The notes under the pieces are model-generated. The model searched no databases, was not told the origin of the DNA, and worked only from the letters and a program-made list of their open reading frames with translations. From NCBI RefSeq assembly GCF_009914755.1, contig NC_060941.1: a stretch of DNA of 64,000 nt. One strand, written 5' to 3'. Source of the stretch: the human T2T-CHM13v2.0 reference genome, Homo sapiens. The position numbers and the translations under genes were made by a program. Below, one piece after another: positions 27,694 to 41,887 of the stretch (positions within the stretch are counted from its first letter, which is position 1; each line of letters begins with the position of its first letter).

Positions 27694-29575
27694 AAGACAT
27701 TGTGTTTTGCAAGATCCTCTGGATGTGGTATGGCTAAAGGGTTGGGGAGCTGATCAAGTGCAGAGGGCAGGAGCCTAGGGTGGTGGTGGTGGAGATACAG
27801 GCACATGACTGGCTTTGAGAAGTACAGTACTTAGTAAGTACAGTCCAATATAGTCCAATACAGTAGAGTTGAATTTGTCCATTCAACAGTGTTAAACACC
27901 ATGACTCTAAGGACCAGAGAGCCAGGCTGGGTTCTGCCTTTAGGCAGCTCTCAGTCTTCTGGGAGTGCAAGTTGGAGGCAGATTGGCCAGGCTGAAAATG
28001 CAAAGTGCTCAGGGATGTTCAAATAGCAAGCATGCCTCCTGGAGTGCATGCCCAGGGGAAGAAGGAGCACCTTCAGTGGGTGCTTTCCTGCAAATACTGT
28101 TTGAGTTCCAGGCAGAAGAGAAAACAGGGTGCTGGGAGAGGATTCATTAGGGTCTCCTTCCTGACTCCTCACCATCATTTATAGGACTTTTGGCTACAGG
28201 GATCTTCCCTGCATTTCACCGGGGCCTATAGTAGGGCTGAGAGTGTGAGAGGGAACAGGGGTCTCCCCAAGTGCCTGGGGCAGCGAGCCTTGTAGGTCAG
28301 GTGAGGGTGGCATCCAGACTGGGCTCTCACTCTCCTCTTCCTGCCTCTGACTCATTTTCCTTGGAAGTGCATTCCTCTGTAAACCTGATTACTCATGGAG
28401 TCTCCGCCCTCCACCTGCAGGCCTGCGCCCTTCCCTGGGATGTCTCAGTGAGCAAGCCTGAGCCCCCACCCCTATCCCCCTGCATCCCCATCCCCAAGTA
28501 GGGCCTGGGTCTCCCCCTTGGAGTGGGAGCTCCCTGAGGGCAGGGCAGGGCAGGTATGTTTCTTTGCTTGGTGATTAGGGCTCCTCCAAGGCCTTGAGGA
28601 GGGTTTCTCACCCACAGGCTTGTTGCCAACCACCCTCCCGCCACCCCTCTGCCCCTCAAAGGGCTCTGAGGGATCCTCCTGTTATATGGAGTGGCAGGTT
28701 GTGGGATGGGTTTGTGGGGCTCCAGCTGCCTCCCCAACTACTTTCCTGCTGCTGAGGACTGTCTAGAGGGCTTCACACCCTGGCTGTGGGGAGTATACAT
28801 AGTCCCTGAGGGTGCTTCCCCATCAGAGCCCACTCTGTCCATTTCATCCAAAGAGCCCCAGGTCGTACTCTCTGCTGTGACTGGAAATGGGGCCGGGTTT
28901 AAGGGACTGCTGGGGGCTCATGGAGGTCAGCTTGTGCTCTCCAGCCTGGCTTTCCTGACTCCTGAGGGCACTGACAGCAGTGCTGTCTCCTGATAGCGTC
29001 TGGCTCCCTCCTCTGCCCCATGCCTGGGCTCCTGGGTCTGCTTTATAGACCCACAGCAGAACTGCACAAAGAGGGTAAGAGCTGCCTTCTAGTCAGCAGA
29101 AGTTCAGTTGGAAAGAGACTCTGCTGACCAGCACCAGGGCATCAGGGGCAGCCCCATGGTTGGTTCCCAGGGCTGGGAGCTCACAGTCACCTGTTCCAGT
29201 CCCTGCCTTCCTGCCAAGGGGAGGACCCTCTCCAATGTGAGCTGGGACCTGAAGCAGGAGCCTTTCCTTGCTCTGGTCTCACTACACTTTGGTGTCCACC
29301 CAGCCTCCTAAGATCACATCAAGGGGCTCTTGGGAGAATAGGACGCCTGCTCCCCCCACCTGCCCCCTGCATCCCAGCACTCTCAGACTTTGGATGGTGT
29401 AGCACGGAACTGTAGAGCTTTAAAGGAGGCAGCAGAGTTTAGGGGAAGAGAAAAACGGTTGATCTCTAACAGGCATTCTAAGTGGAGTCCTCGACAGCTG
29501 GGAGCAGCTCCACAGGCTTCAAGGTGTGGGTGAAGCAAAAAGACCAACTGAGACCCAGGGAAGCAGGAGGGGCTA

Positions 29576-30082
<507 letters not shown>

Positions 30083-31741
30083 TCAGGGGAGGTGTCCCAT
30101 GGAGGCGGTCTCAAAGGGAAGCCACGTGTTGAATACTTCCAGTACCAATAGCAGGGTGGGGGGATCCAGGAGTAGTGAAGCAGTGAATCCCCCAGCCCAT
30201 TCCCACCCCTTACTCTGGAACCTCCTCCTAAAAGTACAGGAAAATCCTTATTTAATAACAATCAACAGAACAGGATTATGAACCGACACCATACAGAGGT
30301 ATTTGTAAGAAAGAAGGTGGATGCCGGAATCCTTTCTTCAAACAGAAGCTTACCAGTAAGTGCAGACTAATACAACAGGTAGGTCAAGGCTAATCCAGTT
30401 GGAGGGGGTGCTGGTGGAGGTGGGCACTGAGGGAGGGGGTCAGCACCCTAGCCGTCCAGCCCTCTCCATCCTCCTGCACCCCCCACACCTGGGTTCTGTG
30501 CAGCCTGATGTGTCCCCACCCCCTCCTATGCAATGAAGGAGGGAGACGCAGAGATGGAGGGCGGCTTCCCCAAGACCACCCAGGGTACTGGTTTGTGGTG
30601 GAGCGGGAAGAGGTCACGACGCCTCCTGCCTAGCACTCCCTCTCTTACCCCAGCCTGTCTGTTGCCGCCTGCATCCCTCCATTCACACAGTGTCTTCTCC
30701 TGCCAGACACCAGCAGGACACAGCGGGCAGGACAGGTTCCTCTGGGTCTGCCCGAAGGACTCAAAGTCCAGGGACAAGAGTCGCTTGGTGGCCTCAGGAA
30801 GGAGAGAAGGAGGCACTGTTTCGGATGGGCCGGGGGAAGTGGAGGTGGGATGCAGGGCTGTGGAGTCCTCCTGGCAGCCTAGGCTGTGTGTGGGGCGTGG
30901 CGGGATGCCAGAGGGTCTGTGTTGAGGCCTAGCCCTGTCTCCTCTACAGTGGAGGAACTGCTTTGGGACTCAGTTTTGTTACTTGTAAAATGGGGCCACG
31001 CTCTGCCCTTCCAGCTTCATGTTGCTGAAGGGAGGCTCTAAGGAGACGGAAGCTTCCTGTTCCTGTAACAAGATGCCATGAGCGAATCATACTCTCAGCC
31101 TGGCCCCCAGGAGTCTCCTCCCTTCGGGCTTCTGGAGTTCCCTGCTCCACTCTGACCCCCAGGGAGAGTCCCCACGTATCCTCCCCGCTGTGGAGGGTGC
31201 CCTTGCAGTCCTCCCTGAGCTGCCCCAGGATGACTGGCTCCACAGGGAATGTCCTCCCACTCTGTAGGAAGTGGAGCATGGCTGAGAAGAACTCCCTGTG
31301 GTCAGGTCACCCCCATCCCCAGACGCACACAGACACAAACACATACATATCCTGAGGTATTGAAGAAGAATTCACCACACCCTGAAGATTGCTTTCCACA
31401 AAGCACTTTCTCCAAGCCCTGAGTCACCCAACTCCTTCACTCTGGACACCCTGCCAGGAACAAGGATATTTGTCCTTTCGGCAGACATGGGTTCAAGTCC
31501 CTGCTCCACTGCTAACTAATGGCATGGCCTGGGTCAAGCATTACTTGCTAATCTCAGTTTTTTCATAGGTAGAATAAGGATAATAGCATCAACCTTATAT
31601 GTTGGTTGTGAGGATCAAGTGAGATAATGTGTGTGTGGCAGGAGGAAAGCCATCGGCGGGGGCGGGTGGGGGTCGAGTGTTCCATCCCAGTCTCTCCCTT
31701 CTCTCTGCTCATCAGAGAAAATCCTGACTTGGCCTATTTGA

Positions 31742-31743
<2 letters not shown>

Positions 31744-31777
<34 letters not shown>
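31744..31777. repeat. (TG)n microsatellite
   Basis: Read directly. Confidence 0.97.
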
Positions 31778-31780
<3 letters not shown>

Positions 31781-32083
31781 ACGCCTCCCTTAACCCTCTA
31801 TGAAAGGTGCTGATTTATTGGAATAGTCCTTAGGCATAGGCGATATAGAACTGGGAGGAGAGAGAGAGAGGGAAGAAGGATTAGCAGCAAGACTGAGGGA
31901 GGAGGGAGGTTTGAGCAGCTGTAATGGGTGAGGGAAGAGAGTGGGTGGGAGAAAGGAGATTTGAGAAGCATCGCTATGATCCATGAATCTTTGTAGTCAA
32001 GTTTAAGAAATTCAAGTAAACAGAGTTATTGTGAAATTATTATTTTTTGGTTGCTATTCTCTCTCTCCTCTCCCACTCTGTCT

Positions 32084-32298
32084 CTTTTTTTTTTTCTTTG
32101 AGATGGGATCTTGCTCTGTCGCCTAGGCTGGAGTGACGCAGTGGTGAGATCATAGCTCACTGCAGCCAATTTTTTTTTGTAGCAACAGGGTCTTGTTATA
32201 TTGCCCAGGGTGGTCTCAAACTCCTGGCTTCAAGTGATCTTCCTGCCTTAGCCTCCCAAAGTGCTGGGATTACAGGCATGAGCTACTGCGCCCAGCCT
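32084..32298 (-). mobile_element. Alu (J-like, internally deleted)
   Basis: The right arm is truncated after CACTGCAGCC. Confidence 0.8.
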
Positions 32299-33195
32299 GG
32301 TTGCCATCCTTGATGATAACGCAGCTTTGAGACTGGACCATTTGCATGACGGCCTTATAAGTGATACCCCTAAGTAACATGCTTAGCACACAGTAGGGAC
32401 ACAGTAGGCACAGTGACTGGTGCTGTATCCTCTCAATTTGGATGACACTTGTGTGCACATGTACTGTCTCCCATATTGGACTGGGTGTTTCCTGAGTGTG
32501 GGTTGGATCACATCAGCCTGGGAGCGACTTGAAGCCTGGGACTCTATTTTGTTTCCCTGCCCTCCCACCCCCCGCCATATTAGATGAGAAGCTCCTTGAG
32601 GACAGGGATTCTTCCTGTCCTGCTTTCTTCATTAGACCTGCAACTCCCAGTGTGGGTGATGCTCTTCCTCCTTTTGGCTCTGCTCGAGGACTGAGAACAG
32701 GATCCTGCTCACAGACTGTGTCTTAGCTCCATATTTGTCTGACTAATGGGCCTAACTCTGCCTGGGTGGGAGGCAAAGGTAGAGGGAGGAAGAAGGCAGA
32801 GCTCAAGGCCTGAGATGTTTTCTTCTGACTTGTGCTGCCCAAGGCGGTAAAGAGAAGAACAGAGAAAGCATCCTGCCCCAGCCCTGCCCCAGAGCTAAAC
32901 GTCATTCTAGAGAATGAAAAATTCCATCTCCACCCAGTGGGTTCTCAGAATTCCAGGTGAGCTCTGTCTGGTCTAACTGTCTTTCTTCCTCTGACTGTGT
33001 CTCATGGGGTGGGGCAAGGGCCAAGCCAAACCAAGGATCTGTCTCGTGGGGTGGAACGTGTTTACTTGTGTTTGGCAAAGTGGCAGGGTTGGCTACAGAG
33101 GTCATGACAACAGCTCAGAAGCTCCTGCAAGAAAGGAACAAAGTGTTTGCGTTGTGGACAAGTTAGAATCTGTCTGTCTGGGTCATAGTTTGGCT

Positions 33196-33625
33196 TCCTT
33201 TCTTCCTCCCTCCCTCCCTCTCTCCCTTCCCTTTCCCTCCCTCCCTTCCTTCCTTCCTTTCTTCCTTCCTTCCTTCCTTCCTTCCTACCTTCCTCTCTTT
33301 TTCTTTCTTTCTTTCTTTCTTTCTTTCTTTTTTTTTTTTTTGAGACAGGGTCTTACCCTGTCGCCCAGGCTGGATTGCAGTGGTGCGATCTCAGCTCACT
33401 GCAACCTCCCCCTCCTGGGCTCAAGTGGTTTCCCCTGCCTCAGCCTCCCAAGTAGCTGGGATTACAGGTGCATGCCACCATGCCCGGCTAATTTTTGTAT
33501 TTTTAGTAGAGATGGGGTTTCACTATGTTGGCCAGGCTGGTCTCAAACTCCTGACCTCAAGTGACCCACCTGCCTTGGCCTCCCAGAGTGCTGGGATCAC
33601 AGGCGTGAGCCACCGCACCTGGCCA
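33196..33625 (-). mobile_element. Alu (S-like) with an expanded (CCTT)n/(TTTC)n tail
   Basis: About 140-bp pyrimidine tract then a reverse Alu; ATAG(T/C)TTGGCTT duplicated at the flanks. Confidence 0.9.
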
Positions 33626-35139
33626 TGATAGCTTGGCTTTCATATCTCTGCCTGGCAGTGGGTTTGGGATCTTCATAATCCAGTTCAGCTTGCTGCAACT
33701 CAATTAGACTCCAATACTTATTGATTGCCCACTGTGTGCTAGCTATAGGACTGGGTGCAGGGGAAATATGAGGATTCCCTTTAAGGAATCCCTCTCCACC
33801 AGAGGGACAGGTGTGTGCAAAGCTCTCTTTGTTGCAGAGAGATTGGAACTACAGCAAAGGTATGAACAGGTGTCACGGGGACACAGAAGAAAGAGCAGTT
33901 ACTCTTCCGGAAGGTTGGAGAAGATTTTGTGAAGGTGGGGATGTTTGATTTGAACCTTGAAGAACAAGCAGAGACCCAAGAAGTACAGAAGAGGGGAGGT
34001 GGAAATAGCATGAACGAGGTGGGGCATGGTGAGTAGTCTAGTATGGAGTGGGAAGGAGGAATAGCAATGAGCATTTATTGAGCACCTACTAATCACTGGA
34101 TTCTGTGCTAGGTGCTCTGCATATATATTATCTCACTTAATCCTCACAGCAATCTGAGAAGGTAGGTACTGATGTGGGAACTAACATTTGGAGAGAACAG
34201 ATGGTTGAACCAGGATTTGAATCAGGTTTGTTTGACTCCAAACTCCATGCTCTTTTTTTTTTAATCATGCCAGTGGTTTTCCCAGTATATTCTACAAAAT
34301 TTTTAGGGTTCTGAGGAGGTGCTTTAGGGACACGTATAATTTTAGTTTCGTATTTAAAATATATTATAATCAACAGACACTGAAATGTGTTATGTAACAA
34401 AAAAAAGCTTTCCTTCCATCTCTGTGCATATTTTTGAGTTTCTTGTAAATGTGTCATTGATTAGAAGGACTGCACAGTCTGCTCAGGTCTGTCTATGTAA
34501 AAGCACACACCCATGCCCACCAGCCTTCATTACAAGGTCAGTGGGACTTCCAATCCAAGAGGGTTGACTAAATGCACATGGGCTTATCTTTACCTCTTCC
34601 AGAAATGTCTTTGTAATAAATAATAAACATATCAATGCTTCCAAAGGAGAATTTGAATTGGGAGGGGGCACCTGTGGACAAGAGAAATCCCAACAAATTT
34701 CTGGAGAAGTGGTTCGATGGGGAAGGATGACTGAGTAAGCAGGACAGAGGAAGCTGCTGTGTGGAATGCACATGGCTGGGTTTGCAGCCAAAGAGGGAGC
34801 TGACCCACCAGCAGAGGCACAGAGAAGCTCAGGACTTGGATGTGCTAGGTGCAATGGAGGGTGGGAAAGGGATATGTGGCTGAAAAGGGGGAGCTTAATT
34901 GGAAGTCTAAAAATGGAACAGTTAAATCCCTGACTCTTATATGCAAACTGTTCAGCCAGCAGATGTTTGCTTTGTCCCCCATTTTGCTCCTTCCCCTAAT
35001 TTCTTCTTTAAAGAAATTAAATTGCCTGAGGAAGACTAGGATAGCTGGGTTTTAAGGTGGCATCTGAGAACAAAGCACATTGCAGGCTGACATTTAGAAA
35101 TCTCAAGGCATAAAGATCAGTTTACGTGGAAACAAAGCC

Positions 35140-36090
35140 TGCCATTCATCTCCTCTTATCCATGTACACAGAGCTTCCAGGAAAGTTTTCTACTGCTTCA
35201 TTCTTAAATATGAATGGACAACCATAAGCCAGAAGCTATTTGAGGAAGCCTGAAATATGAAATAGAGAGACTAAGATAAGCAAAGTGAAAATAAGACCTC
35301 TGAGGAAACAAAGACAATTCATACGTAGAATAGAACTTAAAAAAAGAATTCAAGAAGACACTGAATCTATAAAACATGAGTAGTGATATGAAAAGAGAAA
35401 CAATTAGAGAACACAAAAGCCCCAGACATAGAAAAATGTAATTAAAATTCATTGGAAATGTTGAAAGTTAAGGTCAAGGTAATCTCTCAGAAAATAAAGC
35501 AAAAGGTTAAAGAAACAGAATTTTATTAGATAATATATGAGACATAAAAAATTAATACAGGAGGTCCATGTTTGATTTATAAAGATTTCAGAGAGAAGGG
35601 AGAAATCAAGGGAGAGAATTTTCAAATAAATGACTGAACAGAATTTTTTAGACAAAACACTCCAGTCTTCAGAATAACAGGATTCATCAGGCAAGCCCCC
35701 AGCAAAAAAAAAACACACAAGATTTAGAAATTTCAGAATACTTGGGAAAATAAGAAGATGCTAAAAGTTTCCAGAGAGAAAAAAATCACCTATAAAGGAA
35801 TGAAAATCGGAAAGTCACCAGACTTCTCACTAGCAGCATTGGATGACAAAAGACAATGATGCAATCTCTTCCAAGTTCTGAGAGAGAGATTTTCAACTTA
35901 GAATTCAATACCTAGCTAAACTGTCTACTGGTTAAGAGGGCAAATCAAAGACACTTTAAGATACATGAGGACTGAGGAAGTTTACTTCCTATAGACTCCT
36001 TGTGGTAATGCTCCTAGAAAAAAAGACAGCAATAGAGGATGTGCAGCAGTAAAACAAAGGAGAAACCAAGAATGAGAAAAGCATGGAATT
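35140..36090 (+). mobile_element. Old L1/HAL1 ORF1 fossil
   Basis: ~35728-35930 translates (with a frameshift) KFQNTWENKKMLKVSREKKITYKGMKIGKSPDFS...FQLRIQYLAKLS, resembling the L1 ORF1p C-terminus (KEKMLRAAREK...FQPRISYPAKLS). Confidence 0.75.
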
Positions 36091-36344
36091 TTTGTCAGCT
36101 TATAAGTTAGCTTGGTATGTAGTTTTAATTAATTTGTTTATTTAGTGTGTGTTTTCTGTTATTGGGTTTAGGTATCAGGGTTATGCTAGCTTTGTAAGAT
36201 GAACTGAGTTTTCTACGTTTTTATTCTCTGAAAGTGTTTGCACAGGGAATAATCTCCTTCTTGAATGTTTGCAAAAACAATTGTCCACATCTTTTTTTAA
36301 AAAACACTTTTTGGACAATATTTTCTATTTTCTTTCACCATTTT

Positions 36345-36836
36345 GTGCCTTTTGTGGAGGTCATTCTGCTACCCAATATTCAGTCTTCTTCCTTTATTGA
36401 AAAGAATCCAATTTTGCCAAGTTCAAAGTTCAATTTCATGGACTCCCTTTCAGAGAGTGGGGCAAGTGACACAGTTTTGGCCCATGAGATGAAAACACAC
36501 ATTTACTGAATAGAGTTTCTGGAAAAGCTATCAGTTTCCTGATAAAAAGGGACAGACTTAGCTGTCCCTTTGTCCTCCCTGCCTTGTCTGGAATGTAGAC
36601 AGGATGCCTAGACGTGGAGGAGCAATCTTAAAAGTGTGAAGACAAAAGCCACTTTCTAAGGATGGTGGAGCAGAAAGGCAGGAGTCCTGCTCCCTGGCAC
36701 CATCATGGAGCATGCCCAGCCCAGATCTGCCCCCCTCTGAATTTCCTGTTGCATTAGAAAAATATGTCCCTTTTTAGTTTAAGTTACTGATCTCAATTTT
36801 CTGTTATTTGCAGCAAATTCACTTTCAATTGATACA
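36345..36836 (+). mobile_element. MLT1 (J-like) MaLR LTR
   Basis: TGGCCCATGAGATG...GGATGGTGGAGCAGAAAG...GTTATTTGCAGC...GATACA. Confidence 0.65.
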
Positions 36837-37186
36837 ATCTTTCACGTCAGAGCTGCTTCTTGTAACACAGAAGTTTTCAGATTCTATGAAAAGGTATTGA
36901 ATGAATTGAAGGCTCTGTTAAGGGGGCAACTATCTCCCCTCCCCATTCTCCTATCAGCCCATAAAACAGGAACTGACAACCTCTTGGAAGAATTGGGAAG
37001 GAACTTTTCGATTTTCTCTGTACAATCTTCACTGGTTCCTCTCTGTGAGAGGAGGAGGGACCTCTTGGATTGGTGTCGTTGGGAAAAGGGTATCAAGTGT
37101 GCATGGCTCAGCCTGTTCCTGGCTCTCTCTCTGGGACTGACCTGACTGCAAGCAGCATGTTCTCTGTCTGCTCCTGCCTCCTCCAG

Positions 37187-37259
37187 GCAATGAGCACCAG
37201 GGCGGGTCCAGCCCTTGCTTGGGAGGACTTCAATAGTACAGCTGCTCTGCCGCGAGTGG
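37187..37259 (+). ncRNA. Candidate 73-nt internal exon
   Basis: CTGAC branch (37142), TTCTCTGTCTGCTCCTGCCTCCTCCAG|G acceptor, TGG|GTGAGT donor. Confidence 0.45.
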
Positions 37260-38599
37260 GTGAGTGAGTTCAAGTCAGAGGAGAAGACACAGAAAGCTCA
37301 TTTGGGCCTTGGGTCTTAGCCACATCCTCCAGTCCATCTGGACTAGCAATAAAGCTGACATTTTAATCCCTACTTGTCTCCTGTGACTATTTCTCAATTG
37401 GATCAGACCTCGGAGAAGTGAGGGATGTGATTAACTAGCACCCGCAAACCCCAACATCTGTTGAATATTTAGCCCCAGCGGGAAAAGCCAAAGTTAGATG
37501 AAAACACTGGTTTAAAATTCTGATAATTATTAGACAATACTTCTCTATCCTTGTTTGTATGTCTTTTGATCTTACTATAAAATGTGTATCATGTGGGTTT
37601 AAAAAAATTTTTTTAAATTTTCTTTTTGAAGGTAAGAGCCTGGATTGAGAGTGATAAGGCTCTTCTGAGTCTTGGCTACCACTTACTCACTCTGTCCCTT
37701 GACTTCTCTGGGCTTCAATTTTACCAATTATATAAAATGAGGAGGTTAGACTAGATGATCCATGAGGGCCATCCCAAGCTTCGGTGTTCTTTCATTCATT
37801 TGACCCCTTTTTATTGAGTATGTGTTGAGTGTGTGCTGGCAGCTGGCTCTGTGATGTACAAAACAAACCTGGCCCCTGCCATTTGGGGTTTAGAGTCTCA
37901 TAGAAAAGACAGACATCAAACACACCACAAATAAGTGGACAATTACAAATATTTCACTTGTTTAGCCATTAAATGTTCCTAAGTGGTCATTTGGATTGTG
38001 AAGATTCCTACTTCTTCTCAGTTATCCACACTCAGGGCAAACCTTGCAGGGTCCAGCAGTCACACACAGTGGTGCCACTACTGCAGCTGTGTCCCAGCCA
38101 TCGCTCTCGGGAAGACAACAAAGAGGCTTCCAAAGGGCTGGCCTTTTGGATTAAAAAAAAAGTTAAGCATTTTTTAAAAAGTCACAAATGAGTAACATGC
38201 TTGTTATAAAAATTTAAGCAATAAAGAAAAAAAAATTGAAAGGAAAAAATCTTTCTCTTGTCCCCTCCAAGCCCACTTGGAAAAAGAAATAATGGGTAGA
38301 TGTGTGTCCTTCCATTAAGCTGCATATTTAACTGCAGGCTCTAGGAGGGCAGGGATGGCGTCTGCCTTACCCACTGCTGTATCCCTGGTGGGTGCCCAGG
38401 AAATACTTGCTGATTGAACTAGTGCATAAGTAGTAATCACACATAAAGGCTCATAGATAGCTATTTTTTTAAAGATTGAAAAGGAAATCATGCCACATAT
38501 GTTTTTTTTCTTGCACCTTCCTTGTTTTTTTTTTTTTTTCACTCAAAAATCTGTCATGGAATCCCTCCATGTATTGGTTCCTAATTTACCCATTCCTCT

Positions 38600-39755
38600 T
38601 GTGCTGGGTTGAATTGTATCGCCCTCAAAAGCTACACTGAAGTCCTAATCCCAGGTCAGGCACTGTGGCTCACACCTGTCATCCCCAGCACCCTGGGAGG
38701 CTGAGGCAGGTGGATGACCTGAGGTCAGGAGATCGAGAACAGCCTGGCCGACATGGTGAAACCCTGTCTCTACTAAAAATACAAAAATTAGTTGGGCATG
38801 GTGGTGGGTGCCTATAATCCTAGCTACTCAGGAGGCTAAGGCAGGAGAATCACTTGAACCAGTGAGCTGAGATCATGCCACTGCATTCCAGCCTGGGCGA
38901 CAGAGTGAGATCCTGTTTCAAAAAAAAAAAAAAAGAAGTCATAGGTACCTAATCCCTGGTACCTATGAATGTTACCTTATTTGGAAATAGGGTATTTGCA
39001 GACATGATCAAGTTAAGATGAGGCCATGCTCGATTAGGGTGGGTCCTAATCCAATATAGCTGGTGCCTTTATAAAAAGAGACAGAGACTGCAGCCATAAA
39101 AAAGAATGGGTTTATGTCTTTTGCAGGGACATGGATGAAGCTGGAAGCCATCATTCTCAGCAAACTAACACAGGAACAGAAAACCAAACACCGCATGTTC
39201 TCACTCGTAAGTGGGAGTTGAACAATGAGAACACATGGACACAGGGAGGGGAACATCACACACCAGGGCTTGACAGGGGTTGAAGGGCAAGGGGATTGAG
39301 AGCATTAGGACAAATACCTAATGCATGTGGGGCTTCAAACCTACGTGACAGGTTCATAGATGCAGCAAACCACCATGGCACATATATACCTATGTAACAA
39401 ACTTGCACGTTCTGCACATGTATCTTAAAGTAAAAAAAAAAAAAAACTTAAAGTAAAAAAAAAAAAAAGAGTGAGCGTGAGACAGAAACAGAGACACAGG
39501 GAGGATGTCACACAATGACAGAGGAAAGATTGGTGTGATGCAGCTGCAAGCCAAGAAGCGCTGAGGGCGGATAGTCGCCCGTCAGAATCTAGAAGAGGCA
39601 AGGAAGGAGTTTTCCCAGAGCCTTGGAGGGAACAGAACCCTGCCGACACCTTGATTTGGGACTTCTGGTCTCCAGATTGCAAGACAATCCATTTCTGTTG
39701 TTTTAAGCCACTCAGTTTGTGGCAGTTGATTACAGCAGCCCTAGGAAATGAATCC
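38600..39755 (+). mobile_element. MLT1C-like LTR containing a nested Alu (38653-38934) and an L1PA 3' end (39088-39468)
   Basis: MLT1 motifs (TTATTTGGAAATAGGG, GACACCTTGATTTGGGACTTCTGG) are split by an Alu and by the L1PA 3'UTR (CTCAGCAAACTAACACAGGAACAGAAAACC). Confidence 0.85.
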
Positions 39756-39852
39756 CTGCCTCTTCAGGTGTATTTAGGTTGCTTCCAGTGTTGAACTATC
39801 ATAACAATGAAAACTGCTTCCATGGACTGTTTGGAGAGGGGAGCCCTAGGAG

Positions 39853-40449
<597 letters not shown>

Positions 40450-40532
40450 TGAGTTTATTCTTGTCTCCAGGAAACCCTTGGAATAATCATAGACCCTAGC
40501 CTTGGGGCCTTAGCATCAACTCATAACCTTGG

Positions 40533-40668
40533 CAGGATTGCCAGCTAAAATATGGGACACCTGAGTCATATTTGGGACATACTTATGTTACAAAAGTATT
40601 TGTTTTTTATTTGAAATTCCAGTTTAACAGGGCTTCTGTGTTTTTCTTTGGTAAACCTGACAACCCTA
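40533..40668. mobile_element. MER53-like hAT MITE (internally deleted)
   Basis: TIRs CAGGATTGCCAG / CTGACAACCCTA; TGGGACATACTTAT core; AACCT repeated at the flanks. Confidence 0.7.
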
Positions 40669-41714
40669 AACCTCAATCTCCGCCATTGTAATCCTGAGCA
40701 GTTGGGCTGTGAGCAGCCTACACTATCCCAGAAAGAGCCTGAGGGTCATGGTTTTCTGCCTGGTGACTGTAGGAGCACTGGAAGATCTCCCCTCGTCCTG
40801 GATCTCTGACTGTCTTTTAGCATCCTGAGTGTTCTCAGTGGGACCTGGATGTCCTGTGGCACCTGCCTCCCCCAACAGTGCCCAGCTAAGCTTCTCTTCT
40901 GCCCATCTCAGCAGCAAAGTGCTCATTCGCTCCACCCCACCTTTGCCTTGGCAGTGCCTGTCCATCTCCCTCCAGCCTGCTCTCCCCCTACCTACTCACC
41001 CCTACTGGGCTTAGGCAAGACACATGTGGGCCTGGCCCGCAGGGGTCCACAGGGCAGAACTAACTCATCAGCTCTAGGTGTGCTGAGTGGAACTGGAGAG
41101 GGAAGGGTGCCATGTGAGCTTGTGAAGACGGTGGGCAGTGCCTCCCAAACTTGCCCTATTGTAAAAATTGCCTAAGGGCTGGTTGGAAATGCTATTCCTG
41201 GTTGGAATCAGAGATCTCCTGGGAGGGGAATCACAGTAGCTCAGGGACCTGGCCGAGACTGGAGGCTTGGGGGTGGCCCCCTGCAAGGAAGCGCTGTCCA
41301 AGCAGAGGTCTGAAGGCTCAGTAGGAGTCAGGCAGGTGAGGCTTTGGGGGGCAGGGTGGGGATCCAGGAGAGGAAAGAGCATAGCAAATGCCTTGATGGG
41401 AGAAGAAGAGCCTGGCCTGTCTGAGGCCAGAGAAGAGGCCACTGTGGTTAGCGTGTGGAGAGCGAACAGAAAGGCGAGTTGAGCTTGGAGAAAGCAGGCG
41501 GAGCCACATCTGGCCAGGCCTTGTTGGGCTGGTTAAGAATTCAGCCTAAAGCAATGGTAATGGCCTGGGGCAGGCACCAACTGAACCTTTTTCAAAGGCG
41601 AGTCCTGAGTTGCCTCCCTCCTCTGATGTTTGATCTCTGAAGGTGCCCATGTTGCCTCCATCCTGCCACCCACCCCACCCCCAATCTGGCAAAAAGCCAC
41701 TCACTCACCCAGCA

Positions 41715-41765
41715 GGGACTTTCCACTAAGTCTGGTGGGGGCGGGGGACCAGGGGGACCAGGGGG
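41715..41765 (+). promoter_or_regulatory. Canonical NF-kB site plus G-quadruplex motif
   Basis: GGGACTTTCC 41715-41724; G5-C-G5-ACCA-G5-ACCA-G5 41737-41765. Confidence 0.6.
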
Positions 41766-41887
41766 CTGTTGCTTGAGAGAAATGGGTGTGGGCATTTACC
41801 AACGGATTTAGAAAGTTTCCATATTAGACAAGTAACTTGAGAAAATACTGTTTTTGTTATTGAGAAGATGCTATAAATGTTCAAGTA

